NCBI GenBank assembly: GCA_004299305.1
Contig: SCPZ01000109.1
Coordinates: 44,918 to 108,917 of the forward strand
DNA from: Methylobacter sp.
Lineage (GTDB): Bacteria; Pseudomonadota; Gammaproteobacteria; Methylococcales; Methylomonadaceae
Direction of reading: 5' to 3'
DNA length: 64,000 nucleotides
Position numbers and translations under genes: made by a program. The notes beneath the pieces were generated by a model. The model did not search any database. It worked only from the letters and a program-made list of their open reading frames with translations, and was not told the origin of the DNA. This document shows positions 1 through 9,566 of this stretch, piece after piece. The stretch's first letter is position 1. Each line of letters begins with the position of its first letter.

Positions 1-1
1 T

Positions 2-682
2 CCGCAAGGCTATAAGGAAAATGACGAACCGAAACCCGGCGCTAATTTGGCCAACGGCTATGCGCAGAGTAAATGGGTCGCCGAAAAATTGGTGAGATCG
101 GCCAGGGACAGGGGCTTTCAAGTGACTGTTTATCGACCGGCTACCGTTGCCGGAGACAGCCGTAGCGGTAGTTGGAATACTGAAGACTTTCTGTGCCGGT
201 TGATCAAAGGCTGCATACAGATGGGCTATGCGCCTGTTGAATCGGTCCGCATGGATATGGCGCCCGTCAATTACATGAGCCGGGCTATTGTCTTGCTTTC
301 ATTGCTGCCGAGTTCTATCAGCGCTTGCTTCCATTTAAACCATCCCGCCCCGCCTTATTCCGATCAGCTGATCGATGGCTTTAGCCGGTCGGCTTATAGC
401 CTGGAGCGCATTCCTTATAAAGATTGGGTGAAAAAGGTGCTGGAGACCAATTGTCAGGACTTTGCGTTATTGCCTTTGCTGTCGATGTTTTCGGAGCAGA
501 ACCAGGATGATCAGATGGAGTTATTGGAAGAGGACGCTATCCGCTACGACTGTAGCGAAACGCAAGCGGTCTTGTCGAAGTTAGGCATTGAGTGCGCCTT
601 GTTGGAGGTTGAGTTATTGACACGCTATCAGGCCTATTTTAAGCGTAGCGGCTTTATTCTGGAGCCGGAACATTACCAATAG
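2..682 (+). CDS. C-terminal thioester reductase (R/TD) domain of an NRPS; 5'-partial, gene begins before the window
   Basis: Frame is open from nt 2. NGYAQSKWVAEKLV (YxxxK extended-SDR motif), YRPATVAGDS and DMAPVNY are typical of NRPS terminal reductases. An MbtH gene lies in the same cluster. Confidence 0.85.
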   Translation, partial: PQGYKENDEPKPGANLANGYAQSKWVAEKLVRSARDRGFQVTVYRPATVAGDSRSGSWNTEDFLCRLIKGCIQMGYAPVESVRMDMAPVNYMSRAIVLLSLLPSSISACFHLNHPAPPYSDQLIDGFSRSAYSLERIPYKDWVKKVLETNCQDFALLPLLSMFSEQNQDDQMELLEEDAIRYDCSETQAVLSKLGIECALLEVELLTRYQAYFKRSGFILEPEHYQ

Positions 683-846
683 AAATTATTTTAAACAAAA
701 TGATTTTTGCAGGTGGGGTGGATTTTAAGTTTGGTCGTCTACCTAAGGTAAATGTATTGATCGTACCTATAACAATACCTGCAAATATTGGGTTCTGTTG
801 TTAAAGAACCGGCTACGCGCAGGAAACTACTAAGGAAAATTCCAGA

Positions 847-3303
847 ATGGCTAATAAAAAGAAGAATTTTTTGCCGGGTGAAACGATGACTCATCCAGGA
901 AAAAAGCTCAGGGCTTGCTTTATAAAAGGAGTCTTTGTTTTAACGTTTTGTCACGCAGTACCGGCGCTATCGGAAGCGGACAAAGCTCAAAAGATTCAAT
1001 TTGATATGCCTTCCACTGATTTGGCTTCCGCATTGAATAGCTTTGCAGAGAAAACCGGAATGGAATTAAGTTATCCGGCCTCTATGGTAGTCAATGCAAA
1101 ATCCAAACCGCTTAAGGGTAGTTATGGCGTCCAGCAAGGCTTGCATGAACTATTGCAAGGAACCGGGTTGGCTTATCGCTTGACCGGGAATAATAGCGTA
1201 ACGCTGGAGAAGGTGGCCGTTGCTGAACCGCAATCGGGCAAAACTATGCCGTCGGTGACGGTCACGGGTAAAGCCGTCTCTGCCGACAGCGATCCTTACA
1301 ACACCGATTACAACCGCACCAATGCCACAACAGCCACCAAAACCAACACGTCGATCATGCAGACGCCGATGTCGGTGAAAGTGGTGCCTCAGCAGGTATT
1401 AAAGGATCAGCAGGTTGTAACCCTTGATCAGGCGTTGAAAAACGTCAGCGGTGTTATAAGTGGCTCAGGAACCGATAGGCAATTTTTTATCCGCGGCTTT
1501 GATGTTTATAACTATTATCGCGACGGTTTTCCGTTTGTTAGTAATTGGTATCATACCGAAGAGCTTGCTAATATCGAACGGGTAGAAGTTCTGAAAGGTC
1601 CGGGTTCGATTTTATACGGACGCGCCGAGCCGGGAGGCATTGTCAACTTCGTCACCAAACAGCCGCTGGACACGCCGTATTACAGCTTGCGCCAGCAATT
1701 CGGCTCTTATGACCATTATCGCACCGATATTGACGCCACCGGCCCGTTGACCGCGAATAAGGATCTCGCCTACCGCTTTAATCTGGCTTATCAAACCAAT
1801 AACTCTATTACCGAATTTGCGGGAGGAGAGCGGATATTTGTCGCACCGCAATTACGTTGGAATATTTCGGACAAAACCGTATCCAACATCAAGCTTGAAT
1901 ACAGCAATATCAAGAGAAACGCCGACAACCTGCTGCCATTGAATACAGCCGGTACGCAGCCGGCCGCGCTGCCCCGCAGTCAAAATCTTAGCGATCCCTG
2001 GAGCTATATGGAGGATGAATATGTGATGCTATCGCTGAATACCGAGCACAAATTTAATCCGAATTGGAGCCTGCGGCACCGCTTTAATGCAAGTTTTGCC
2101 AACGGGTCAGGTATAAACGTCAGTGCCAGCGGCAATGTAGCGGCCAACGGCGATGTCGGACGCTTTTTCTTTGAAGGAAACGCCAAAGGCAAGGATTATT
2201 TCAACAACTTTTATAACTCGCTGGAACTCACCGGCAAATTCGATACCGGCTTGTTCAAGCACACCATGCTGGTGGGTGGCGATTACATGAACACCGATGC
2301 CAGAGCGACAATGGGGCCGATTTTTGGCTTAAATCCTGCCGGCACCAATATCTATAATCCTGTTCATTTTGCCCAGGCGCCGACAGTTACCGCATACAAT
2401 ACTTTCGGCTATTCGCAGCCCTGGTTCGGCGTTTACGGTCAAGACCAGATCGAATTGCCTTATCATGTTCATTTGCTGGCAGGCTTACGTTATGACAATG
2501 CCGAAACCGGCGGCGATTCCGCTTGGGGTGCGTTCGGCAACAATACAAAAACCATCAACCCGACCGTCACGGACGATAAGGTTTCACCGCGCGGCGGATT
2601 GCTATGGCAGCCTATTCCTGAACTATCACTCTACGGTAGTTATACCGAAAACTTCGGCGCCTCAAATGGTAACAATTCCCAAGGAAATCGGCTTCCTGCC
2701 CAGACAGCCCAACAATGGGAAGTCGGCGCAAAAACAGAACTTTGGGGGAGTCGCTTTACCGGTACGCTCGCCTACTTTGACCTGACTAAACAAAATGTGC
2801 CTATGCAAGTCGCCCAAGGTATATCAAGAGCGGTCGGCGAAGCCGAAAGCCGAGGCATTGAACTGGATTTGACCGGCGAAATTTTGCCGGGATGGAAAGT
2901 GATTGGTGCGTATGCTTACACGCCTTTTGCCAAAACGCTTAAAGACAGCATTGGCGCTGGAACCGTAGGAATGAGGCTACACAATGCCCCGGTTAATAAC
3001 GGCAATCTGTGGACAACCTACGAGTTTCAAGACCGGACTTTGCATGGCTTGAAACTAGGGGCGGGTGTTCAAGCCGTTGGAATGCGCCAAATCGGTTATA
3101 CCGAAGCCATTAAAACACCTGGTTACGCCACGCTTAATTTAATGGCCAGCCAATCATGGAAAGTAGGCAAGACCAATGTCACGGCGCAGCTTAATGCCGA
3201 TAATTTGCTCGATAAGACCTATCATGGCGGCGTATACAGCTATGGCCCTGCTTTGTATGGAGCGCCGCGCACGTTTATGGGGTCGATTAAAATCGAATAT
3301 TGA
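847..3303 (+). CDS. TonB-dependent siderophore/metallophore receptor with N-terminal STN signalling domain (FecA/FpvA class); start may be 886
   Basis: Signal peptide, then STN (FDMPSTDLASALNSF...LLQGTGLAY), plug motif NIERVEVLKGPGSILYGRAEPGGIVN, C-terminal NLLDKTY...PRTFMGSIKIEY. Confidence 0.93.
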   Translation: MANKKKNFLPGETMTHPGKKLRACFIKGVFVLTFCHAVPALSEADKAQKIQFDMPSTDLASALNSFAEKTGMELSYPASMVVNAKSKPLKGSYGVQQGLHELLQGTGLAYRLTGNNSVTLEKVAVAEPQSGKTMPSVTVTGKAVSADSDPYNTDYNRTNATTATKTNTSIMQTPMSVKVVPQQVLKDQQVVTLDQALKNVSGVISGSGTDRQFFIRGFDVYNYYRDGFPFVSNWYHTEELANIERVEVLKGPGSILYGRAEPGGIVNFVTKQPLDTPYYSLRQQFGSYDHYRTDIDATGPLTANKDLAYRFNLAYQTNNSITEFAGGERIFVAPQLRWNISDKTVSNIKLEYSNIKRNADNLLPLNTAGTQPAALPRSQNLSDPWSYMEDEYVMLSLNTEHKFNPNWSLRHRFNASFANGSGINVSASGNVAANGDVGRFFFEGNAKGKDYFNNFYNSLELTGKFDTGLFKHTMLVGGDYMNTDARATMGPIFGLNPAGTNIYNPVHFAQAPTVTAYNTFGYSQPWFGVYGQDQIELPYHVHLLAGLRYDNAETGGDSAWGAFGNNTKTINPTVTDDKVSPRGGLLWQPIPELSLYGSYTENFGASNGNNSQGNRLPAQTAQQWEVGAKTELWGSRFTGTLAYFDLTKQNVPMQVAQGISRAVGEAESRGIELDLTGEILPGWKVIGAYAYTPFAKTLKDSIGAGTVGMRLHNAPVNNGNLWTTYEFQDRTLHGLKLGAGVQAVGMRQIGYTEAIKTPGYATLNLMASQSWKVGKTNVTAQLNADNLLDKTYHGGVYSYGPALYGAPRTFMGSIKIEY

Positions 3304-3320
3304 TGTCATACCTATTGTTA

Positions 3321-3342
3321 GGCTGCCGTTTTTTTGGCAGCC
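3321..3342 (+). terminator. Hairpin downstream of the receptor gene (terminator or mRNA-stabilising stem)
   Basis: GGCTGCC-N8-GGCAGCC inverted repeat 18 nt after the stop; no clear downstream U-tract. Confidence 0.4.
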
Positions 3343-3387
3343 CAATATTTCGGCAAACGACTCGACTATAAATTCTTAAGGGCTACG

Positions 3388-4572
3388 ATGGATCTAAGTC
3401 TAAAAAATCGCCGTAAAATCTGGCTCAAAGTGCATTTATATCTTGGCTTGTTTGCCGGAGCGATATTTGTATTGATTGGACTCACCGGCAGCTTGTTGGT
3501 TTTTGAAGACGCGATAGATGTCTGGTCAAACTCTAAACTGATGGTTGCGCCTGCGCCTGGCGGCAATAAAAGATTTCTGCCGCTGGATGAAATTGTTGCG
3601 TCGGGCATGAAAGCGCTGCCGAACAAGGCCAAGGCGCTTGATTTAGGCTTTCCCAGAGATTCGGAGCGGACTTTTGATTTGTGGTTTGAGCAGCCTTCAC
3701 CGAATGCGGATTATTTCGAAAGACACCAAATATTTATTAATCCTTATACGGCTGAAATTACCGGACAGCGGCTTTTAATCGATTTTCAACGTCCTTGGCG
3801 CGACCCCTTTATGGATTTTATTTTGCGCCTGCACTACAGCCTGGCTTTAGGATCGATAGGGATGAATATCGTAGGTTGGGTCGGTTTAGCATTATTTTTT
3901 ACGGTATTAACAGGGGTGATTTTATGGTGGCCTCGTTCAGGAAAGATCAGCAAGGCATTAACGATTAAACGCAATGCCAGTTCGGAACGGCTCAACTTCG
4001 ATTTACATAAAACATTCGGTTTTTATAGCGCAATTATTCTTGTTTTTTTGATTGCGTCAGGGGTATATCTGGTTTTTCCGAAATACGCGCGTGGCTTGGT
4101 CGGTATTTTTTCGCCTGTATCCCGCCCTTGGCCTGATTATCAAAGTGTCGTTCCAGTGGGTGATAAAACACCGCTAAGCCTAGTTGAAATTAAGCGTATT
4201 ACCGATGCGCGTTTTCCCGATGGCGAATATCGACGAATCGTTTTTCCGCAGAATGAGCGAGGAGTTTATGTTGTAAGTAAGCGGGCAATCGATGAGGTTA
4301 ATCAAAAAAAGGCTTATCGACGCCTTTGGATTGATCAATATAGCGGAAATATTCTTCATGTCCGTGAACATAGTACGCGTACAACCGGAGATATTATTGA
4401 GGAATGGCTTTTCCCGTTACACACAGGCGAGGCTTTCGGTATGACCGGACAGATAATAATTTTAAGTTTTGGGCTGACGCCATTGATACTTTATGTAACC
4501 GGGGTTATCCGGTGGTTACAGAAGAATAGAGCCGTTAATAGAAAGCAGGGTAAGTGCGAAGCAGGCGGTTGA
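3388..4572 (+). CDS. PepSY-associated TM-helix protein (FpvG/FoxB-like inner-membrane ferri-siderophore reductase)
   Basis: WLKVHLYLGL, LRLHYSLA, FDLHKTFGF and FPLHTGE (four TM His), two PepSY-like periplasmic loops, directly after the TBDR. ATG 3388 preferred over the ORF-track start 3334. Confidence 0.88.
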   Translation: MDLSLKNRRKIWLKVHLYLGLFAGAIFVLIGLTGSLLVFEDAIDVWSNSKLMVAPAPGGNKRFLPLDEIVASGMKALPNKAKALDLGFPRDSERTFDLWFEQPSPNADYFERHQIFINPYTAEITGQRLLIDFQRPWRDPFMDFILRLHYSLALGSIGMNIVGWVGLALFFTVLTGVILWWPRSGKISKALTIKRNASSERLNFDLHKTFGFYSAIILVFLIASGVYLVFPKYARGLVGIFSPVSRPWPDYQSVVPVGDKTPLSLVEIKRITDARFPDGEYRRIVFPQNERGVYVVSKRAIDEVNQKKAYRRLWIDQYSGNILHVREHSTRTTGDIIEEWLFPLHTGEAFGMTGQIIILSFGLTPLILYVTGVIRWLQKNRAVNRKQGKCEAGG

Positions 4573-4616
4573 AAGCATCTATATATAAAATAACCGGTTG
4601 TTCCGCTATCGATTCC

Positions 4617-4635
4617 GAAAATATTAATTATCAAT
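4617..4635 (+). promoter_or_regulatory. Possible Fur box in front of the tailoring genes
   Basis: GAAAATATTAATTATCAAT matches 13 of 18 informative positions of AATGATAATnATTATCATT and sits 2 nt upstream of ATG 4638. The region is AT-rich, so a chance match is possible. Confidence 0.35.
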
Positions 4636-4637
4636 CT

Positions 4638-5849
4638 ATGGAAAAAATAATGAATAAAACATCCCATGCGCCTGTGTTTATTTTATCGTGTGAACGATCA
4701 GGTTCTACGATGCTTAGATATATTATCGATACCCATTCTAAAGTAGCCTGCCCCAGTCATTTATATATGGGTAGTTTATGCGATAGCCTGAATCGTGCGG
4801 TAATGGGAACTATTGCACAGAATCAGGTTGAGCTGGATGAAGTAGCTAAGAAACAGTTTGCAGTAAGCGAAACAAGAAAAATTATTGATAATATAATGAA
4901 TAATTATATTGAGATAAAAAACAAACAAGTATGGTGCGAAAAAACGCCAATGAATTTGGAATATCTGTCTATATTGGATACCCATTTTCCTGATGCCAAA
5001 TATATTTGTCTGTATCGGAATTGCATGGATGTGGTTCACTCCAGTATTAACTTGAGTAAATACCGATTCCTTACCGAGCATATACCTTATGTACATAGAA
5101 ATCCTGAAAGCATTATTGCGGCGATGTTGGAGAATTGGTTGGAAAAAACCGATAGATTGCTGGATTTTGAATCGACTCATCAGGAACGTTGTTTTCGGGT
5201 GAAATATGAATCGATAGCCATGCAGCCTGAAGAAACGCTCGCCCCCTTATTCCGGTTTTTGGGGCTTGAATGGGAAAAAGACTTGATGGAACGTGTATTT
5301 GAGGTCAGCCATGATAAGGGAGAAGGCGACGGTAGAGCCGCATTATCCAGTAGGATTCGGCAAGACTCAGTCGGAAAAGGCATTGAAGTGCCACGGGCCG
5401 GAATCCCAAAGAAGTTTATAACAGAAATTGACAGCCTGCTTTGCAAGCTGGGTTATCCATGTCTGGATGATTATTATTCCAATAATTTTATTCGAAATGA
5501 AACAAATAAGGATGACCTGTTTAATGTATCGGATGTATTCGAAAACCGTTTTATGAATGCGATTAAAAAAAACCGATCTCGTTATCCTGCACTCAAGGGG
5601 ATATGGAAGATTATTGTCAAAGGTGATGAAGACGGGGTTTGGTTAATCGATTTATCCAATGAAGACGGCTTAATTAAAGAAGGCGATTTTAGAGCGGATT
5701 CCACACTTCGTTTATCTGCAGCTCTGCTGGCCGATATGGTAAATGGAACAAGAGATGCGATAGAGGCTTTTTCTCATGGAGAGATTGAAATGGATGGGGT
5801 TGATAATGAAGTATCGTTAATGAATTTAGGGCGATTGCTTTTTTCTTGA
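4638..5849 (+). CDS. Sulfotransferase fused to a C-terminal SCP2 (sterol/lipid carrier)-like domain
   Basis: 5'-PSB motif SCERSGSTMLRY, EKTP, and 3'-PB YRNCMDVVHS. C-terminal ~100 aa (GVWLIDLSN...ADSTLRLS...DMVNGTRDAIEAFSHGEIEMDG) follows the SCP2 pattern. Confidence 0.85.
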   Translation: MEKIMNKTSHAPVFILSCERSGSTMLRYIIDTHSKVACPSHLYMGSLCDSLNRAVMGTIAQNQVELDEVAKKQFAVSETRKIIDNIMNNYIEIKNKQVWCEKTPMNLEYLSILDTHFPDAKYICLYRNCMDVVHSSINLSKYRFLTEHIPYVHRNPESIIAAMLENWLEKTDRLLDFESTHQERCFRVKYESIAMQPEETLAPLFRFLGLEWEKDLMERVFEVSHDKGEGDGRAALSSRIRQDSVGKGIEVPRAGIPKKFITEIDSLLCKLGYPCLDDYYSNNFIRNETNKDDLFNVSDVFENRFMNAIKKNRSRYPALKGIWKIIVKGDEDGVWLIDLSNEDGLIKEGDFRADSTLRLSAALLADMVNGTRDAIEAFSHGEIEMDGVDNEVSLMNLGRLLFS

Positions 5850-5880
5850 ATAATGCTTTTTAATCGGCAAGGTTAATAAT

Positions 5881-7248
5881 ATGGCAAACATTGTTTTTTG
5901 TTTTCCTCCAATAGTGAGCACTATTAATTCAAGCTTACGATTGGCTAGAGAGTTAAAGTTGCGTGGTCATCAAATTACTTATTTAGGCATTGCCGATTGT
6001 AAACCCGTGATATGCGCCAATGGTTTTGAATTTGTGTCTATTTATGAAGAATGGTTTCCAAAAGGATGCTTTGGGAGTGCTTATATGAAATCACAACCTT
6101 CAACTGTGGATGATTATTCTGAAGACAGAAATAATTCGCTTAGGTTTAATAATTTTTTGGATTATTTAATTGCTGGCGGTGATGACGAATTAAATAGTGT
6201 AACTCGAGAATTAAATCCGGATTTGATTATTGTCTCAACCTCTTTATCTGATTCTGTTATTTGGGCTTTATTTTTCCATAAATTAAGATTAAAAGTTATA
6301 TATGTTTTTGATGTGTTGGGCGGATGTAATAATACAGTACCACCAATACATACAGAACTTATTTCAGATGGTTCGCTATGGTCTTCAGTAAAAACAATTT
6401 TGGCATGGCATATTCATAAAATAAAAAAAATTCGCCATGAAAGACATTTGGTTAGTAATGGGCTTGATTTAATATCATCAAAGAAGTTAAAAATGCTTTC
6501 CGAATATTGCGGCTATTCGATCAAAGACATCGATTTTTGGACGGATATGCCGGGTTTTCAATTGAAATTACCTGAATTGGTTCTTTTTCCAAAACGCTTT
6601 GATTTTCCAGGAGTAAAAAAGACAGGGCGATATTATGCCGAGGCTTCAATTGATTTAGATCGAGAGCAAGCTTCTTTTCCTTGGGAGAAAGTAATTGAAT
6701 CGCAACCTATCGTGTATGCGGCACTAGGCACCCTTCCGTTATTGGCTAAATCCGATTATGAAAATTTCTTTCGCATAGTGATAGACGCATCACTCAAGTG
6801 GCCTGCATGGAATTGGGTGCTCTCGATTGGTAATAATTTGACGGTGGATGATTTTGAGTCTGTTCCTGCTAATGTGATTATCGTCAATCGTGCTCCACAG
6901 CTGGAGTTGTTAAAAAAAGCATCATTAATGATTACTCACGGAGGGCCTAATTCCGTTAAGGAATGCATATTTTTTGGCGTTCCAATGATAGTTTTTCCGT
7001 TATGGTTTGATCAGCCCGGCAATGTGGCAAGAGTGACTTATCATGGCTTAGGTCTGAAAGGCGATTTTAAGACAATTACCGCCAAAGCATTACAGGATCT
7101 TATAGAAGAAGTGACTGTTAATCCTGAATTCAGGGAACGTACAAAAGCCATGCAAAAATATTTTATCGAAACTGAACAAGCTAAACCCAGCCTACAGTTA
7201 ATTGAAAGATTTATAAGTCAACCCAATATTCCGCCTTTTTTGAATTAA
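5881..7248 (+). CDS. Family-1 (GT-B) glycosyltransferase, MGT/UGT-like, copy 1
   Basis: ELKLRGHQITY N-terminus, YAALGT, and the PSPG-like box RAPQLELLKKASLMITHGGPNSVKECIFFGVPMIVFPLWFDQ. Confidence 0.92.
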   Translation: MANIVFCFPPIVSTINSSLRLARELKLRGHQITYLGIADCKPVICANGFEFVSIYEEWFPKGCFGSAYMKSQPSTVDDYSEDRNNSLRFNNFLDYLIAGGDDELNSVTRELNPDLIIVSTSLSDSVIWALFFHKLRLKVIYVFDVLGGCNNTVPPIHTELISDGSLWSSVKTILAWHIHKIKKIRHERHLVSNGLDLISSKKLKMLSEYCGYSIKDIDFWTDMPGFQLKLPELVLFPKRFDFPGVKKTGRYYAEASIDLDREQASFPWEKVIESQPIVYAALGTLPLLAKSDYENFFRIVIDASLKWPAWNWVLSIGNNLTVDDFESVPANVIIVNRAPQLELLKKASLMITHGGPNSVKECIFFGVPMIVFPLWFDQPGNVARVTYHGLGLKGDFKTITAKALQDLIEEVTVNPEFRERTKAMQKYFIETEQAKPSLQLIERFISQPNIPPFLN

Positions 7249-7369
7249 TTGAGTAAAGAGTAGCTCTGTTTTATTTTCTATATATCGATTTTATTATGGG
7301 CTTCATGCTTATGATAATTTTGTAAATACGTTATTTAATTAATGTTGTTTTAATTTTCAAGGGAAATCT

Positions 7370-9370
7370 ATGCTGGTTTTAGGCTTAAATGGTGGTGGCG
7401 ATTCGGTATTTGATGCGTATTTCGGGCTATCTGAACATGCCTATCATGATACTGCGGCAGTATTGATGCAAGATGGTGTTGTTATTGCCGGAATCGAAGA
7501 AGAACGATTAATTCGTATTAAACACGCCAATAAAATATGGGTATTTGCAGTACAGTTTTGTTTGGAGAAAGCAAATAAAAAACTTGAAGATATAGATTAT
7601 ATTGCTGTCTACTCCAATGAAGATGCTTTAAATAAAGTATTAAAACAGCAGCAGCTAGGCAATCCCCTGTTCGCTGAAATTGGAGATGCGCATAAGTTTT
7701 TTAACTATTTGTTTCAGCGGGAATTTAATTATTGCTTAAAACATAACCAGCTGGTATTTGTTGACCACCATACTACTCATGCGGCAACGGCTTATTACAT
7801 GTCGGGTTTTAAGGATAGTTTGGTGTTGACCATAGACGGTCTCGGCGACGAAGTAGCGACCAAGGTGATTGATGTTCGCAACAAGCATTTTGACTGTTTA
7901 TTGAATAAACCGGCTGTTGATTCGTTAGGGCTTTTATATTGGGAAGTGATACGTTTTCTCGGCTATAGTCATTTCGATGAATATAAGGTAATGGGTTTGT
8001 CGCCTTACGGTTGTCGTGAAGCTTATAAAGAGCAATTTCAACGATTGTATACCTTATTGCCGGACGGCGATTATTCGTTACACCGGGATCGTGTAATTGA
8101 CTTATTTAATATACTGACTCCTCGGAAAAAGGATGCGCCGTTTACCCAAGTCCACATGGATATTGCGGCGGCATTGCAAGAAGCGCTAGAGACTATTGTT
8201 TTCCATATTCTGCGCCATTTTCAGCAAGCGACCGGTCACGCTCGTCTGGTAATCAGCGGGGGAGTGGGGCAAAACAGCAGCATGAATGGCAAGATTCTCT
8301 GTTCCGGTTTATTCGAGGATGTTTTTCTGCCGTCTTTTGCCGGTGATTCGGGCTGTGCTTATGGCGCAGCCGCTTATGTTTCTCACCAGATGCAGCCGAC
8401 GTTGTCTCTTGCGCGCGTTCCTCACGCTTATTGGGGAACGCCGATTCATGACGATGAAGTCGGCAGCGTTTTAGAGGCTTGGCGCGCATTTTTACATATC
8501 GAAAAAATGGATAACCGCTCGGAGCAAGTGGCCGACCTGATTATCGACGGCGCAGCGATCGGATGGGTGCAAGGTTGCTCCGAGTTCGGCCCTAGGGCTT
8601 TGGGTAATCGCAGTATCCTGGCCGATCCGCGTGTTGCCTCGCATAAGGAGACGATCAATGCGATGATTAAAATGCGCGAAGGTTACCGGCCGTTTGCGCC
8701 GTCGATATTGGAAGAGCGGGTGCGGGAGTTCTTCGAGGTGCCGGGAGATCATGCCGATTTCCCTTTCATGTCGTTCGTACTGAATGTTAAACCGGAACGG
8801 CGCGCACAATTGCCCGCCATCACCCACGTAGACGGCAGCGCCAGGCTGCAAACCGTAAGTAGGACTACTAATCTGCGCTATTGGGAGTTAATCAACGCTT
8901 TCGGCAGCAAAACCGGCATCCCGATTTTGCTGAATACCTCGTTCAATAACAATGCCGAGCCTATAGTCGACAGCATAGACGATGCCGTGGTGTGTTATTT
9001 GACCTCCGGGTTGGATTACCTGGTCGTGGGCGATTATTTGGCCAGTAAAACAGCCTGGCAGCCTGAGGACTTGGCCGACTTAATCGTCAGCTTGCCGAAA
9101 GCCGCAGTATTGCTAAGAGAAGATCGCTATGTCAGCCATAGTGAACGCGCTTTCAGTTATGCGTTGGTTTGGAATTACGATTCCGCACGACGCCATGCGT
9201 TGTCGGAAGTAGGCTACAAGATATTGCAGGCGGCCGACGGAGAACAGTCTGTAGGGCGGCTTATGCTTACTTTAGGTTTTTCAAAGGAACAGCAAGCACA
9301 GGTTCTGGAGGAATTGCCGGGATTGTGGTCGGATCGATTGCTGGTGTTGCGGCCAAAGCTGAGTTTGTAG
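7370..9370 (+). CDS. Carbamoyltransferase (NodU/CmcH/TobZ family) with ~110-aa C-terminal extension
   Basis: HDTAAVL, EEERLIRIKH, DHHTTHAATAYY, DGLGD, EYKVMGLSPYG, SGGVGQN, EFGPRALGNRSILADP, REGYRPFAPS, LNTSFN. Confidence 0.95.
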   Translation: MLVLGLNGGGDSVFDAYFGLSEHAYHDTAAVLMQDGVVIAGIEEERLIRIKHANKIWVFAVQFCLEKANKKLEDIDYIAVYSNEDALNKVLKQQQLGNPLFAEIGDAHKFFNYLFQREFNYCLKHNQLVFVDHHTTHAATAYYMSGFKDSLVLTIDGLGDEVATKVIDVRNKHFDCLLNKPAVDSLGLLYWEVIRFLGYSHFDEYKVMGLSPYGCREAYKEQFQRLYTLLPDGDYSLHRDRVIDLFNILTPRKKDAPFTQVHMDIAAALQEALETIVFHILRHFQQATGHARLVISGGVGQNSSMNGKILCSGLFEDVFLPSFAGDSGCAYGAAAYVSHQMQPTLSLARVPHAYWGTPIHDDEVGSVLEAWRAFLHIEKMDNRSEQVADLIIDGAAIGWVQGCSEFGPRALGNRSILADPRVASHKETINAMIKMREGYRPFAPSILEERVREFFEVPGDHADFPFMSFVLNVKPERRAQLPAITHVDGSARLQTVSRTTNLRYWELINAFGSKTGIPILLNTSFNNNAEPIVDSIDDAVVCYLTSGLDYLVVGDYLASKTAWQPEDLADLIVSLPKAAVLLREDRYVSHSERAFSYALVWNYDSARRHALSEVGYKILQAADGEQSVGRLMLTLGFSKEQQAQVLEELPGLWSDRLLVLRPKLSL

Positions 9371-9566
9371 AGTTGTCACAAAAGAGGCTGTTTAATTTTG
9401 ATCAATAGTCATCGGTCGCCGAATAATTTTCGAAAAAAATGAGTGATGTGAAATGTTGAAAATAGCCGATGCCGGATGGCGCACCGGTAGGCTCGGCAAT
9501 GCTTTTGCACCCGCTATAGAGATACCGTTTATTGTTGGAAATGCAGCTCGCCTCACAGCGTCACTA

